Source of the DNA: Tubulanus polymorphus
Taxonomy: Eukaryota > Animalia > Nemertea
NCBI RefSeq assembly: GCF_964204645.1
Contig: NC_134026.1
Coordinates: 11,369,950 to 11,433,949, forward strand
Direction of reading: 5' to 3'
Length of the DNA stretch: 64,000 bases
Positions 1-10,326 of the stretch are shown in pieces; the first letter of the stretch is position 1, and the number at the start of each line of letters is the position of its first letter. The notes under the pieces are model-generated. The model made no database searches, was not told the origin of the DNA, and worked only from the letters and a program-made list of their open reading frames with translations. The translations under genes were made by a program, and so were the position numbers.

Positions 1-454
1 GATCTATTAAAGGTATATTAATATTTTTTACCATTGCAACATATACTAATGGTGCAATAAATGTTGATAATTATTATAATCCTGAAATAACAAAAGTAGA
101 AATAACTATCGAAGGAATAGCAAATAAAATATTTTGTCAAGGAATGAGAATGATAGATCAATGGCCAGAAATTAGAAAACATTTTATGAATGAAAAAGTG
201 AAATCATCTGAAAATTGTAATATTAATCAAATTGATTATTATACAGGTAATAAATATGCATTATGGTTAGATTTTAGAACAACAGAGGATAATTCATTAC
301 ATGGTTCTGGAAAAAACTACAGAACACTAAAGATGGAATACAATTATTCATGACAAAGAATAAAGGAATCAAAAATCTTAAAATGCACATTTATATTATA
401 TCTGACGCGCAATTAAATATTGTAAATTCTCAATTAAATAGTGTTATGTATTAG
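1..454 (+). pseudogene. Major capsid protein C-terminal part (element A), 1-nt frameshift near 311-317
   Basis: Near-identical to 34617-35072 (RSIKGIL...LWLDFRTTEDNSLHGSG...SDAQLNI). The A-run is one base shorter than in B. Confidence 0.8.
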
Positions 455-486
455 AATTTGAACTTTAATAAAAATTTATATAATAA

Positions 487-1338
487 ATGGAAGGAGGTAA
501 AGTATATAACCATATTCCATACATCGATACACATGAAAATAATAATGGCTTATATTATGTAATACCTTGTAATATAGCTTTGATATTTGATCCTATTTTC
601 AAAATTTATAAAACTAAACTAATAGAAATCGATAATAATAAAAGTGGTGTTGTTGATAATTTAAGTAATGTAATTGATAATAATGTAATACCTTCTACAT
701 CTAATAATGTAATACCTTCTACATCTAATAATGTAATACCTTCTACATCTAATAATGTAATACCTTCTACATCTAATAATGAAATAATATTAAATATTAG
801 TGAAAATAGGAATTATTGTGATTATTGTAAAAGTGAATTTTCAAACGCTCCATCAAATTGGAATAATCATATGAATACAAATTCACATATTATTAACGTA
901 ATAGATCGTGTTGGTATAAGAGAATTTATAGAACGCCCATTTAATTATGTTACAAAGTTTGTTTCAAATAAAAAAGTAGATTTATATAAAGATTTATTAG
1001 GTGAATTTTTATCTAAGGAACCTAGTAATGATGAATTAGATTTACCTGCTGCTAAAAAAATATTAGAATCAAGCATTGTAAATACAATATTAAGGTCAAA
1101 CACTAAGAAAGATGACAATGAAAATATAGTTACAGGAAAGCGCATTGATAATAAAGATTCTATGAAACTGAAATCAGAAAATAAAGATATAGTTGAGATG
1201 ACTAATAAGTATATCAATAAACCAATTATTGATGAAGATATGGTAGAGAATTTGAACAAATTGTTAGGGTTTGATGATGAATTGGAGAGTGATGATGAAA
1301 GTGATTTAGAAAGTAATTATCTAACACTCAAAAAGTAA
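487..1338 (+). CDS. Uncharacterised Maverick protein with a C2H2-type zinc finger and 4 x NNVIPSTS repeat
   Basis: 283-aa ORF with CDYCKSEF...HMNTNSH motif; homologue at 35105-35848; ATAAATG start. Confidence 0.75.
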   Translation: MEGGKVYNHIPYIDTHENNNGLYYVIPCNIALIFDPIFKIYKTKLIEIDNNKSGVVDNLSNVIDNNVIPSTSNNVIPSTSNNVIPSTSNNVIPSTSNNEIILNISENRNYCDYCKSEFSNAPSNWNNHMNTNSHIINVIDRVGIREFIERPFNYVTKFVSNKKVDLYKDLLGEFLSKEPSNDELDLPAAKKILESSIVNTILRSNTKKDDNENIVTGKRIDNKDSMKLKSENKDIVEMTNKYINKPIIDEDMVENLNKLLGFDDELESDDESDLESNYLTLKK

Positions 1339-1339
1339 T

Positions 1340-1652
1340 AAAGGTTGAAAATTGTATAAAATAATAGTAAATAAAAACCGGGGTTTTAAGTATTTATGTA
1401 TCTAATACGTATTTAATACGTATTATTTGAAAATACCTTAAATTATATTTTTTTTAAATTTATATTGAAACCTCAGTAATATTAAATAACCTTTATTATT
1501 TTCAAACTTATTCATATATTAGTTGAAAAAATAAAAATAAATTGGTTGCAAATTGTATGAATAATATTTATTTTAAAAAGGGAGTTTTAAGTATTAATGT
1601 ATTTAATACGTATCTAATACGTATTTAATACGTATTAGATACATAGATATAT
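1340..1652. repeat. AT-rich intergenic block: two imperfect direct repeats containing 11-bp GTAT(C/T)TAATAC iterations
   Basis: GTTGAAAATTGTAT...GGGGTTTTAAGTATT-like unit occurs twice, each followed by GTATYTAATAC tandem copies. Homologous block at about 35905-36241. Confidence 0.7.
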
Positions 1653-1658
1653 AAAGAG

Positions 1659-2270
1659 TTATTTTATAAATTTATATTCATATGGAAATTGAAACCTCAG
1701 TAATAATTTTGAACCTTTATTATTCTTTAATTTATTCATATATTCATCATATAATTCAGTAGGTATAATATCATTTTCTTCCAATGATTGTTGCATAGAT
1801 TTTTTAGATTTGTTATAAAATAAAACTAGAAATCTTATATTATCCCTAAAGTTTTTAACAATTGAATTATATTTTTGATTTAAAACCCATGTTGTTATCC
1901 CAAAATGTCTCCCAGAGAAAGCTAAATAACAAAACTCACTTTCTCTAACTTTTGAATCAAGTAAATTTGCACAATCATCTATAATGAATAATGTATTTGA
2001 TCCTTTATAAGTATCAATTGCTATTTCTATACAATTATCTAAATTTTCTTTTACTGTTTTAGGATCTAATATAATAAACTTTTTTATCTTAACTATATCT
2101 CTATTATATGTTTTATTCATTTCAAAAGTAGGACAAAATAATATTATATTATCAAAATGATTCTTATAAATAGTTTCTAACAAGTCTAATATGAAATGTG
2201 TTTTACCACAGTTTGTTGCCCCAGTTATTAATATATTATGCGGTTCAAATATAAATAAATCTTTATTCAT
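1659..2270 (-). CDS. A32-like / FtsK-HerA DNA packaging ATPase (element A, intact)
   Basis: Walker A GATNCGKT, Walker B LFIIDD, GRH arginine-finger motif, and conserved Q in WVLNQ. Confidence 0.92.
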   Translation of the reverse strand: MNKDLFIFEPHNILITGATNCGKTHFILDLLETIYKNHFDNIILFCPTFEMNKTYNRDIVKIKKFIILDPKTVKENLDNCIEIAIDTYKGSNTLFIIDDCANLLDSKVRESEFCYLAFSGRHFGITTWVLNQKYNSIVKNFRDNIRFLVLFYNKSKKSMQQSLEENDIIPTELYDEYMNKLKNNKGSKLLLRFQFPYEYKFIK

Positions 2271-3354
2271 TTATTCTTTTAATTTTACTAGATAAAATCC
2301 ATTCATTAAATTTATCATCATATCCTTTATATTTCACCAAAGAATACTTTTTTCCTTTAAGAGTTTTTGTTTTCAATACTTTTTCTATTTTGTATTCTAT
2401 TTCATCTGGATTTGGTACGAGTGATAATTCTTGTTCATAGAAATAACCTAATATTTCTTCATCTTTTAGATCTTCTAGTTTATAAACAAATGGTTTAGTT
2501 AATATTATCTTTTTAATCTTAAATATTTCTTCTGTAAAATTAGGGGTATAACCTTTATAAAATGTTTTTCTATATTTAGATATTCTAACGTGTTGTCCTA
2601 TTTTAAATTTAGGTTCACCGAAATCATGTGTAACAAATGCTCCATATAAATTATTCCAAACTATTTCTGAATTATCTTCTTTTCTAGCTTGTATAGGTTT
2701 CATATTTATAGAACTATGTTTAGAATTATTATAACCTTTCACTAAATCATCTAATACATCGATATATTTATATGTTTAATTAGCAGTAAAATATTTCCAC
2801 ATTCTAGTTTTCAATGTTTAATTAAATCTTTCTATAATAGATGCTTTTTTATCTGAATGTGTTGAAAAATATTCTACATCGTTATCAGATAATAGTTTTT
2901 TGAAATGTTTGTTATAAAATTCCTTACCTTCATCAAATTGTATCTTATCTGGAATAGCTTCTTTAAATATTGATTTAAAAGCATTTGTTACTTCTATACC
3001 AGTTTTATTTTTGATTGGAATTGACCATGCGTATCTACTGAATATGTCTATAACATTCAGTATCCAGAAATATCCTTTGTTGTATTCTTCTAAGTTCTTC
3101 ATGTCAATTAAATCAGCTTGCCATTGTTGATCGATATATGAAACCATTACTTTTCTTGTTAAATAAGTTTTATCCATTTTCTTGTGGATTTGATGTGTTG
3201 GTTGATTTTGTAACCATGATTTTAATTCACTATATTTTATATTACCATTTTCATTATCAGATTTAATTTTATCCCATAATTCTGAAACGTTAGAATATGA
3301 TACTTTACTTTCTGAGTTGTAATATAAATCTCTTAAATATTGTTCTTTTTTCAT
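2263..3354 (-). pseudogene. Retroviral-like (RVE) integrase with C-terminal chromodomain (element A), disrupted near 2780-2820
   Basis: WQADLIDM, VIDIFSRYAW, QFDEGKEF, SIIERFN DDE motifs; C-terminal YKIEKVL...LVKYKGY..KFNEW chromodomain; split across two ORFs. Confidence 0.92.
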
Positions 3355-3399
3355 CTTATTTTAATCCATTAATAATAATTTAGATTAAGTTTCAATGAC

Positions 3400-3729
3400 T
3401 TAATGATTTGATTTATTTTCTGGTATGATAGGTTTATTATCATTGGAATCATCTTTATCATCAGATTTGAATTTTGATTTATATATTACACCGGATGATA
3501 TAATAATTGTGATTAACCCAATTGTAATATATAAGTAATTATTTCTTCCACTATTAGAAGAACTAGATGGATTATTATTTGAATTAATATCAGATAAAGT
3601 CTGTGATTCATTTATATCAGTTAATTTCTTTTTCTTAGCTGTTTTTAATTCTGAAGATCTTTTACCTAATTCTCTTGCCCATTTGATTTGTTTCTCAGAT
3701 CTAACCTTTTTCTTAACGCCATCACTCAT
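3400..3729 (-). CDS. Small basic single-transmembrane protein (element A)
   Basis: Lys-rich N-terminus and hydrophobic YITIGLITIIISSGVIY; homologue at 39596-39955, which has a longer C-terminus. Confidence 0.7.
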   Translation of the reverse strand: MSDGVKKKVRSEKQIKWARELGKRSSELKTAKKKKLTDINESQTLSDINSNNNPSSSSNSGRNNYLYITIGLITIIISSGVIYKSKFKSDDKDDSNDNKPIIPENKSNH

Positions 3730-3739
3730 TTATTTTAGT

Positions 3740-4330
3740 TTATTTTTGTTCTGATTCATTTTCTGTTTCGCCGTATGGTTGTAGTACATCTGTTTCGTTC
3801 TTACCTGATTTATATTCCATAGGCTTGATATTCGAAAAAAATATGACACCAGTAGAAATTAATGTCATAACCGATCCTAATTGGAATGAAGCATATCCAA
3901 CCCATTTTTGTAATTCAGTCATAACTAAGTAGTCATTTTTCAAATCACTATATAATTTATTTTCATCATCAATTGGTATTAACTGGTTACATAACTTAGA
4001 GTAAAATTTAACAATACCATCTGAAATAGAATCATTTATTCTAGCTAATCTTGACTCTTCATAAATCTTAAAATATTTTATTACTTTATCTGGTTTCATA
4101 GAGTTTAATTCTTGAAAAGTAATGATTCTATTTAAAAACTCCTTAGATTTCCCGCCAGCAATAAGTAACTCAAGATGGTGTTTACAATATAAATAGCATT
4201 CATAATCTATATTGTTATTAACTTGAATATTATTTTCAATTTTGGTCGGAATATCCTAATTATCACTAATACCTAAATCATCTAATGTTTTTTCAATGCT
4301 GGTATTATTCTTACTCGATTTCTTTGACAT
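3740..4330 (-). pseudogene. Uncharacterised Maverick protein (element A), internal stop codons
   Basis: Homologous to 38999-39585 (KHHLELLIAGGKSKEF...ARINDSISDGIVK); ATAAATG start at 4330. Confidence 0.7.
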
Positions 4331-4632
4331 TTATATTAGAGAAATTTAATAAGAAAAATATTATAAGTATTATAAAATGATACCAGTATCTCTTTAGATT
4401 AATACTAGCTTAGTTAAAGGTAAAGAATTTTAGTATTAGTTATTGTTTTTTTTAGTATTTTTTATTTGTGATATAAAGTATTCTTTTTTGAAAAGAAAAT
4501 ATTAAAAAAACAATAACTAATACTAGCTAGTTGAAGGTATGTAATTTTTAATACTTTTTATTTAAAATCTATTATTCTTTAACCACTCATTAAAGACTCA
4601 ACGTATTGTTCATTATTCGGATCATTGTTCCA

Positions 4633-5247
4633 TTAATCAATAAATTTCTTTGCCTTTGTTAACTGTTCTAAATATAACTGTAAATCTAGTTTATTAGATT
4701 TGATTTGATTTTCTTTCTTTTCAAGAGGTCTTAAATTTTTCCAATTCCAAATAAGTTCTTTATTGTATTCATCATTCATGTTAAATTTAGATATTGGTAA
4801 CGTATGATCAATATGAAAATAATCTCCATAATTATCTATATTCATTTGACTATCGAATTGAAATATAATCCATGATTTGAGAAATTTATCTCTACAACTC
4901 AACAAATTAGATAATGTTTCTGAATGTGTTTCTTTGTTGTATAATTGTGTTAATCTAGTCCTTAAACATTGTTTCAATCTAAAATTAAGATCTGTTTGAT
5001 ATCTTTCTCTCATATATTCTGTCATATAATCATTATAAGATTCTCTATTATCTTCTCGATATTGTTTGGTATATAGTTTAAAACAAGTTTTACAGCAATA
5101 TTGAAAACCATCTTTGCTAATCTTACGCTTACTAAATTCTGTTATAGCTAATTTATCTAATTCACACTTAGAACACTTCTTGTAGTATATATTTATAACA
5201 CCAGTGTTATTTGTAATATTGATAGTTTGTGGTTGTTCTGGTTCCAA
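4633..5247 (-). pseudogene. HNH / endonuclease VII-like (His-Me finger) nuclease with N-terminal zinc ribbon (element A)
   Basis: CSKC...CKTC zinc motif; FHIDHTLP...WNWKNLRPLEKKEN..KSNK; start codon is TTG where B has ATG; premature stop about 18 codons before the homologous end. Confidence 0.82.
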
Positions 5248-5384
5248 TTATTATACATATTTTTTTACAAAATTGGTTAATATTTTAGAATTCTCTTCCA
5301 TTTCTGCGACCAACGTCATCCTTTTTCATTCCTCGTTGCTTTTGATGAGTCGTTTCGATTCCTTGATATCTAAGTCATACCACT

Positions 5385-5587
5385 GGCCAAAACCGCTCTT
5401 ATAGGAGCGTTTTTGCTTAATGCGCATGCGCTAATCATAATTATATATTCATTCTGTAAATTCTGTAAAATAGAAACAACCGACATAAAATATCAAAACG
5501 TGTTCGCATTAGGCAAAACCGCTCTTATAGGAGCGTTTTTGCTTAATGCACATGCGCTAATCATAATTATATATTCATTCTGTAAAT
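5385..5587. repeat. Tandem duplication (about 125-bp period) containing a short hairpin
   Basis: AAAACCGCTCTTATAGGAGCGTTTTTGCTTAATGC..ATGCGCTAATCATAATTATATATTCATTCTGTAAAT occurs twice. Confidence 0.8.
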
Positions 5588-6574
5588 AGAAACGACCGAA
5601 CATAAAAATTCACCAAACAGATTTACACAGTACATTATACAAGTTGTTCAGTCCTTTCTTCCAATACATCATTTGATTTCTATATATAAAATCTATAATT
5701 ACAAACATTTTTTCAATTGCTGGTAAATATTTAACTACATCAAGAAATGTTAAACTTAATCATTGGAGTCTTAATGTTTTTGAAATTCTTATATAGTTTC
5801 TTCGTCGATCTTTTGGTGTTTCTACGCCAGTTTCTATTGGTTCGATATCCATTGCTGTTGATTCCTCAGTCAGAAAGAGTATCTTGAGTTTCTCTATCGC
5901 TTCTTGATGCGTATGACGTTTTATCAATCTAAAAGATATTAGCGGCAACTCTATATATCTAAAAGATATACTAAATACACTTAAATATATAAGGTTTCAT
6001 ATTTAATAGCCTTAATAACTACAAAAAACAGTACTTACATTTAGATTTAGAATTGTAAACTATAAACTCCTAATTGCGTTTCGAGAGAGAATATCCTAAG
6101 CGTTATGTTACATCGTCTATTCAGTTCTGGTGCGATTTCTAAATGAACACGTCTGCAATTATGACACGTCATCTCTATTCAGAGTTCCGGTACACCTTCT
6201 AGAATGTTCTACGCGTTTGCAGTATTATGTCTCATATGTCTCGGCGTCATAGTAACAGCTTTGACAGCTGTGAATTTATAGATTTATTCCATAGCTTTTT
6301 ACATGAAATGTATATAGGCTCAAATAGAATCATGTTCTAGTATAAGCAAATGCTATGTATTAAATCAATCACACTTTACTAACACTTTTAATGTTTAAAA
6401 TTCTAACTCATACAAATATGAATATTGAAATAATGTTTAAAATATATCTATATATCTATTCTATAAGAGCTCGTTAATTAGTCGTTACTTTTTTACTAAC
6501 ACTTTTATATTGAATAATCTATCAATTTATATGTTATTCATATATATTTTATTCATGTATATAAATATTTTAAG

Positions 6575-6956
6575 AGTAATAGGGTTTAGTTGTTCTAGGT
6601 TAAAGGTTGAATGGTCGAGCTCATTAAAAACAAAATATTAAAAGTAATTTAAAACTATAATATATTTTCATAGCCGTGTGTATTTTAGTTAAATAATAGA
6701 ATAATTATTATTATTTGAATACATTTGATTATATGAATTTGTGTATTGTAAATAAATCAATTGGTCGCGGAGCGGAGCGGTAGCGAAGCGGAGCGACCAA
6801 TTTAAATTATTAATATCTAAGAATAAATGTTTAGTTATAATATAAAATACACACGGCTATGAAAATATATTATAGTTTTAAATTACTTTTAATAGTTTGT
6901 TTTTAATGAGCTCGACCGTTCGACCTTTGATCTAGAACAACTAAACCCCTATTACT
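6575..6956 (+). repeat. Terminal fold-back palindrome of element A
   Basis: Arms 6575-6687 and 6843-6956 are reverse complements except four G-T pairs, one A-G pair and a 1-nt bulge. Inner stem AATTGGTCGC/GCGACCAATT (6759-6802) encloses a GCGGA-repeat loop. Confidence 0.92.
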
Positions 6957-7015
6957 AATGTTTTTAAATCTTTTGTTATATTATTTGTCTTGATCTCCAG
7001 TACGTAGGCGTCCGT

Positions 7016-8064
7016 ATTCTTGATGATCAATGGAAATCCACATTAAATGTACTATCTTCAGTTGATAAATCATAAACATAATCTGTTGGATTGGATGTTT
7101 CAAATAAATCTCTAACTTCTTCTGTTAGCTCATTTTCTACATACGTTAATTCAAATATATTCGGTTTATCTTCTATAATTCCTAAACGCATATGAAAACC
7201 TAATGAATTACACAATATATTTAATCCCGCTATAGCAACTTTTCCTTTTTGTGCAAAGGTTATTACTGGAGATCTATCAAATTTTTTCCACCATCTGCAG
7301 CATAGAATCCAATCAAGAACCATTTTCTTAAATAACATTTTGCATTTAATACAAAATTGGGCACTATCCTTTCTTTGGTCGAAGTATTACCTTTGACTAT
7401 TGCATGAATATAGAATCCATCATTATATTATATAGCAAAATCTTTAGGATTATTTATAAGTATTCAATAAACTGCTGATGATTTCATATGATCCATGATT
7501 ACTGTATGCGAATAAACTTCTTCACAGTATTTTCTAATTCTTTCTAATAATTTCAAATCTTGATTGCATAAATACCAACAATATTGAGTGCGACACACAT
7601 ATTTATATACGCCGGCTGAACCATCACCCATAAAAATCCTTTAATAAAATATTCTTTTTCTTCTAATGTTTCAGGTACTATGTAATAGATATTATTAATT
7701 AATTCATCCAATGATATATGATTCATTCTTGGGTAAAATCTTTTATGTAATAATCCATCACCAACTTTTATATCAGTTGGTTTGACTTCACCATTTTGTT
7801 TAATCAAGCTATGATCTTCAGTAACATCTACAACCCTAACTTAGTTCCAACTCTATAAATCGTTTTATTTGTTTTATGTCTAATAATATATTTCAATTTT
7901 GTCCATCCATTTCTTGTCCAAACATTCATTAATCCATTTATTTGTGTTAATTATTTTTCACCATATGCAATATAAAGTTCATTTTGTTTAGGCATTATTT
8001 CTGAAATTCTTATTAATATTTTATTATTATATTCTAATACTATTGGGGTGTCGGCTGTTACAGA
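7016..8064 (-). other. Intein with LAGLIDADG homing endonuclease inserted at PolB motif C (frameshifted)
   Basis: N-junction YFD/SVTADTPIVL; block B VDVTEDHSL; LAGLIDADG-like FIKGF.MGDG and WFLIGFYAADG; block F DYVYDLSTEDSTF; C-junction GFPLIIKN/TDAY. The equivalent site in B reads YFDTDSY with no insert. Confidence 0.9.
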
Positions 8065-9439
8065 ATCAAAGTATAATATTGCAATATGTTTCTCCCTAAA
8101 AAGTGGTTGTAGAACATTATAATAAAAATCATACATTAATAATTTTGATACTTCTAAAACAGTTGAACCTATAAAAATTGGTTTATTAACTTTCATTGAT
8201 GTTCTTATTAATTTTACTACTGTTAAATAATCTTCAAAACTTTTATTTCCTAAATGTCTAGCACTTGATTTCAGGTGTCTCAATCGTTCAAAACTATTTA
8301 CTAGTTCAATATTATTTCTATTTTGAATATTTTCACAAGTTTTTCCATAAAAACTATTATTCATTAACTTAAAAGAGTCTTTTTCGAAATCTGTTTTAGA
8401 TATGGTTCTCTGTTGAGTATTGAAATCTATATATTTTTCTAACCACTTCGATTGATTAAATTCAATATATCTATGTACTTTTTAAATTTCATTCCTTGTT
8501 TAAGATAAACTTTTAACATTCTACAGTGAACAATATAATTATAATTATTATTTTGTGTTAGTATAAATTTTTTCGGTTTTATTTTTTTCAGGTATTTACA
8601 TAGATAACTATCATCTAAGGCTAAATGTTCTGGACAATAAGGTAAGTTTCTATATTTAAACTTCATGTTATCAGGATATTCTAAATCAACTACAAAGAAA
8701 TAAGTAATTGGTGCATCATCTTTTAAACTAATAATTGCACCTTCCCAATCAGTTTTATCATCATCTTCAACTCTGTTTATATAACATTTTTATATGGTTG
8801 AGGTTGCATCATTGCCCAACCATATGAATTATTGGCGTCAATATATAATAATTTATATTCATCATTTGCTTTAAAATACCTATTACCCATGACCCCACTA
8901 ATTCCACCTCTAATAGATTTTTCAAACAGTAATACCATGTCTGGTTCTTTTAATAAATCTAATTCTACTTGAATATATTTTAAACCACATTGCCAGGTTA
9001 AAGAAGGACTTGAATAACAGTAACAAGGGTCAACATTAAAATGATTTCAATTAACTTCTCTAAACATCAGCCAATATCATTACATCTGATTTTAAATATG
9101 TCAACTAATTCGCCATGATTTTTAAAATTGAAATGATTCCATATATTCAATGTTTTATTAAACACTTCATCTTTCACGTACTCATTTTTTAATTCATCAC
9201 AATATTGTTCTTTCAATAATTTCGTTTCTTTGAAATCATCGTGCGTTTTATAAAATGAGTAAGGTATTGCGCCTTTATATCTTAATAATTTAAAGTCTTG
9301 TATATCTGGATAATAATAACGCGTTATTATAAAATCATCGTCAACTAAACTTTTTGCTAAATTATCAAATGAACTTGCTAGAATCTATAAGAATCTAAAA
9401 ATCTAATGCAACCAAACTGAAATAAAATATAATTTTCAG

Positions 9440-10326
9440 GGGCCGTTTTCACAAAGCATAATTAACTTTAATTATAATTAGGACCTAAATCATGATTAAA
9501 TTTCCTTAATCATGATTAGTTAATTACGATTAAAATTCGGTTTCACGAAAGGGTTTAATTACAAAATTAACTAATTACATAATTAGGCAACTTAATTACA
9601 ATTAAACTGTATCAAAATGGCGGAATTTTAGACAGCCATTTGCTGTCCAAGCATCAACAACCTTCCTTGTTTAGAGGAAAAGAGAAATTCACTCCTTTGG
9701 GAGTTAAAGATTGCTCTGAAAGGTCTCAGGAACCAGTGGAAAAACTTAGCAAGATGTCTCAAAAGTTTTTAAATAGAAACTCACCTCCAGTCAGCAAAAT
9801 AAAATCCTCGTAAATGGGGTTTATTTCCGAGCAGTGATTAGCACTTTTTAACACTAACTCCATAGATATGTACTCTACTGACAGAAATCTATCATATGTA
9901 TGGACAAAATCAATTAATTCAACACTTCTAAGTATGTGGTGGTCGTGCTGACAAAACATAGGACGTTTGAAAATAAATCAATAGAATTTAGAGTATTGAC
10001 ATGCCTTTTTTACAAAAGGCAAAAATCCAAATTATTTGAGCCAGACAATCTGAAAAACTGAATAAGTGTAGGAATTGCCGTCGTCAATTAATAAACACAA
10101 AATTCCATGAATAATATCGGCAGCTTTTTGTTTTTAATAATAAACTAATGATGATTAAATGGTTTAATTACACTCTAGAGGAGAATTAAATTTTGTAATT
10201 AACTTAATTATAATTAAAGTTAATTACGTTTTGTGAAACACCTAACTTGATTAAATCATGATAATTTAATCATGATTAGTGATTTAATCATAATTAAGGG
10301 TTAATTACGCTTTGTGAAACCGGCCC
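9440..10326. mobile_element. PIF/Harbinger-type non-autonomous element (MITE)
   Basis: TIR GGGCCGTTTTCACAAAGC / GCTTTGTGAAACCGGCCC, 3-bp TSD CAG. Removing it restores PolB codons ATA TCT GAA AAT. Confidence 0.88.

Larger units (their letters stand above)
1..6956. mobile_element. Maverick/Polinton-type element A, right half (continues left of the window)
   Basis: Carries the MCP 3' end, packaging ATPase, RVE integrase-chromodomain and HNH genes, all close homologues of element B genes. Ends in a TIR (6442-6956) matching the element B TIR, with terminus ...CCCCTATTACT. Confidence 0.93.

Noticed and set aside
9440-10326. Insertion hotspot: the MITE in the C PolB and the BEL in the B PolB lie about 30 bp apart in homologous coordinates
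   Set aside because: Two events by unrelated enzymes with different target preferences; coincidence cannot be excluded.
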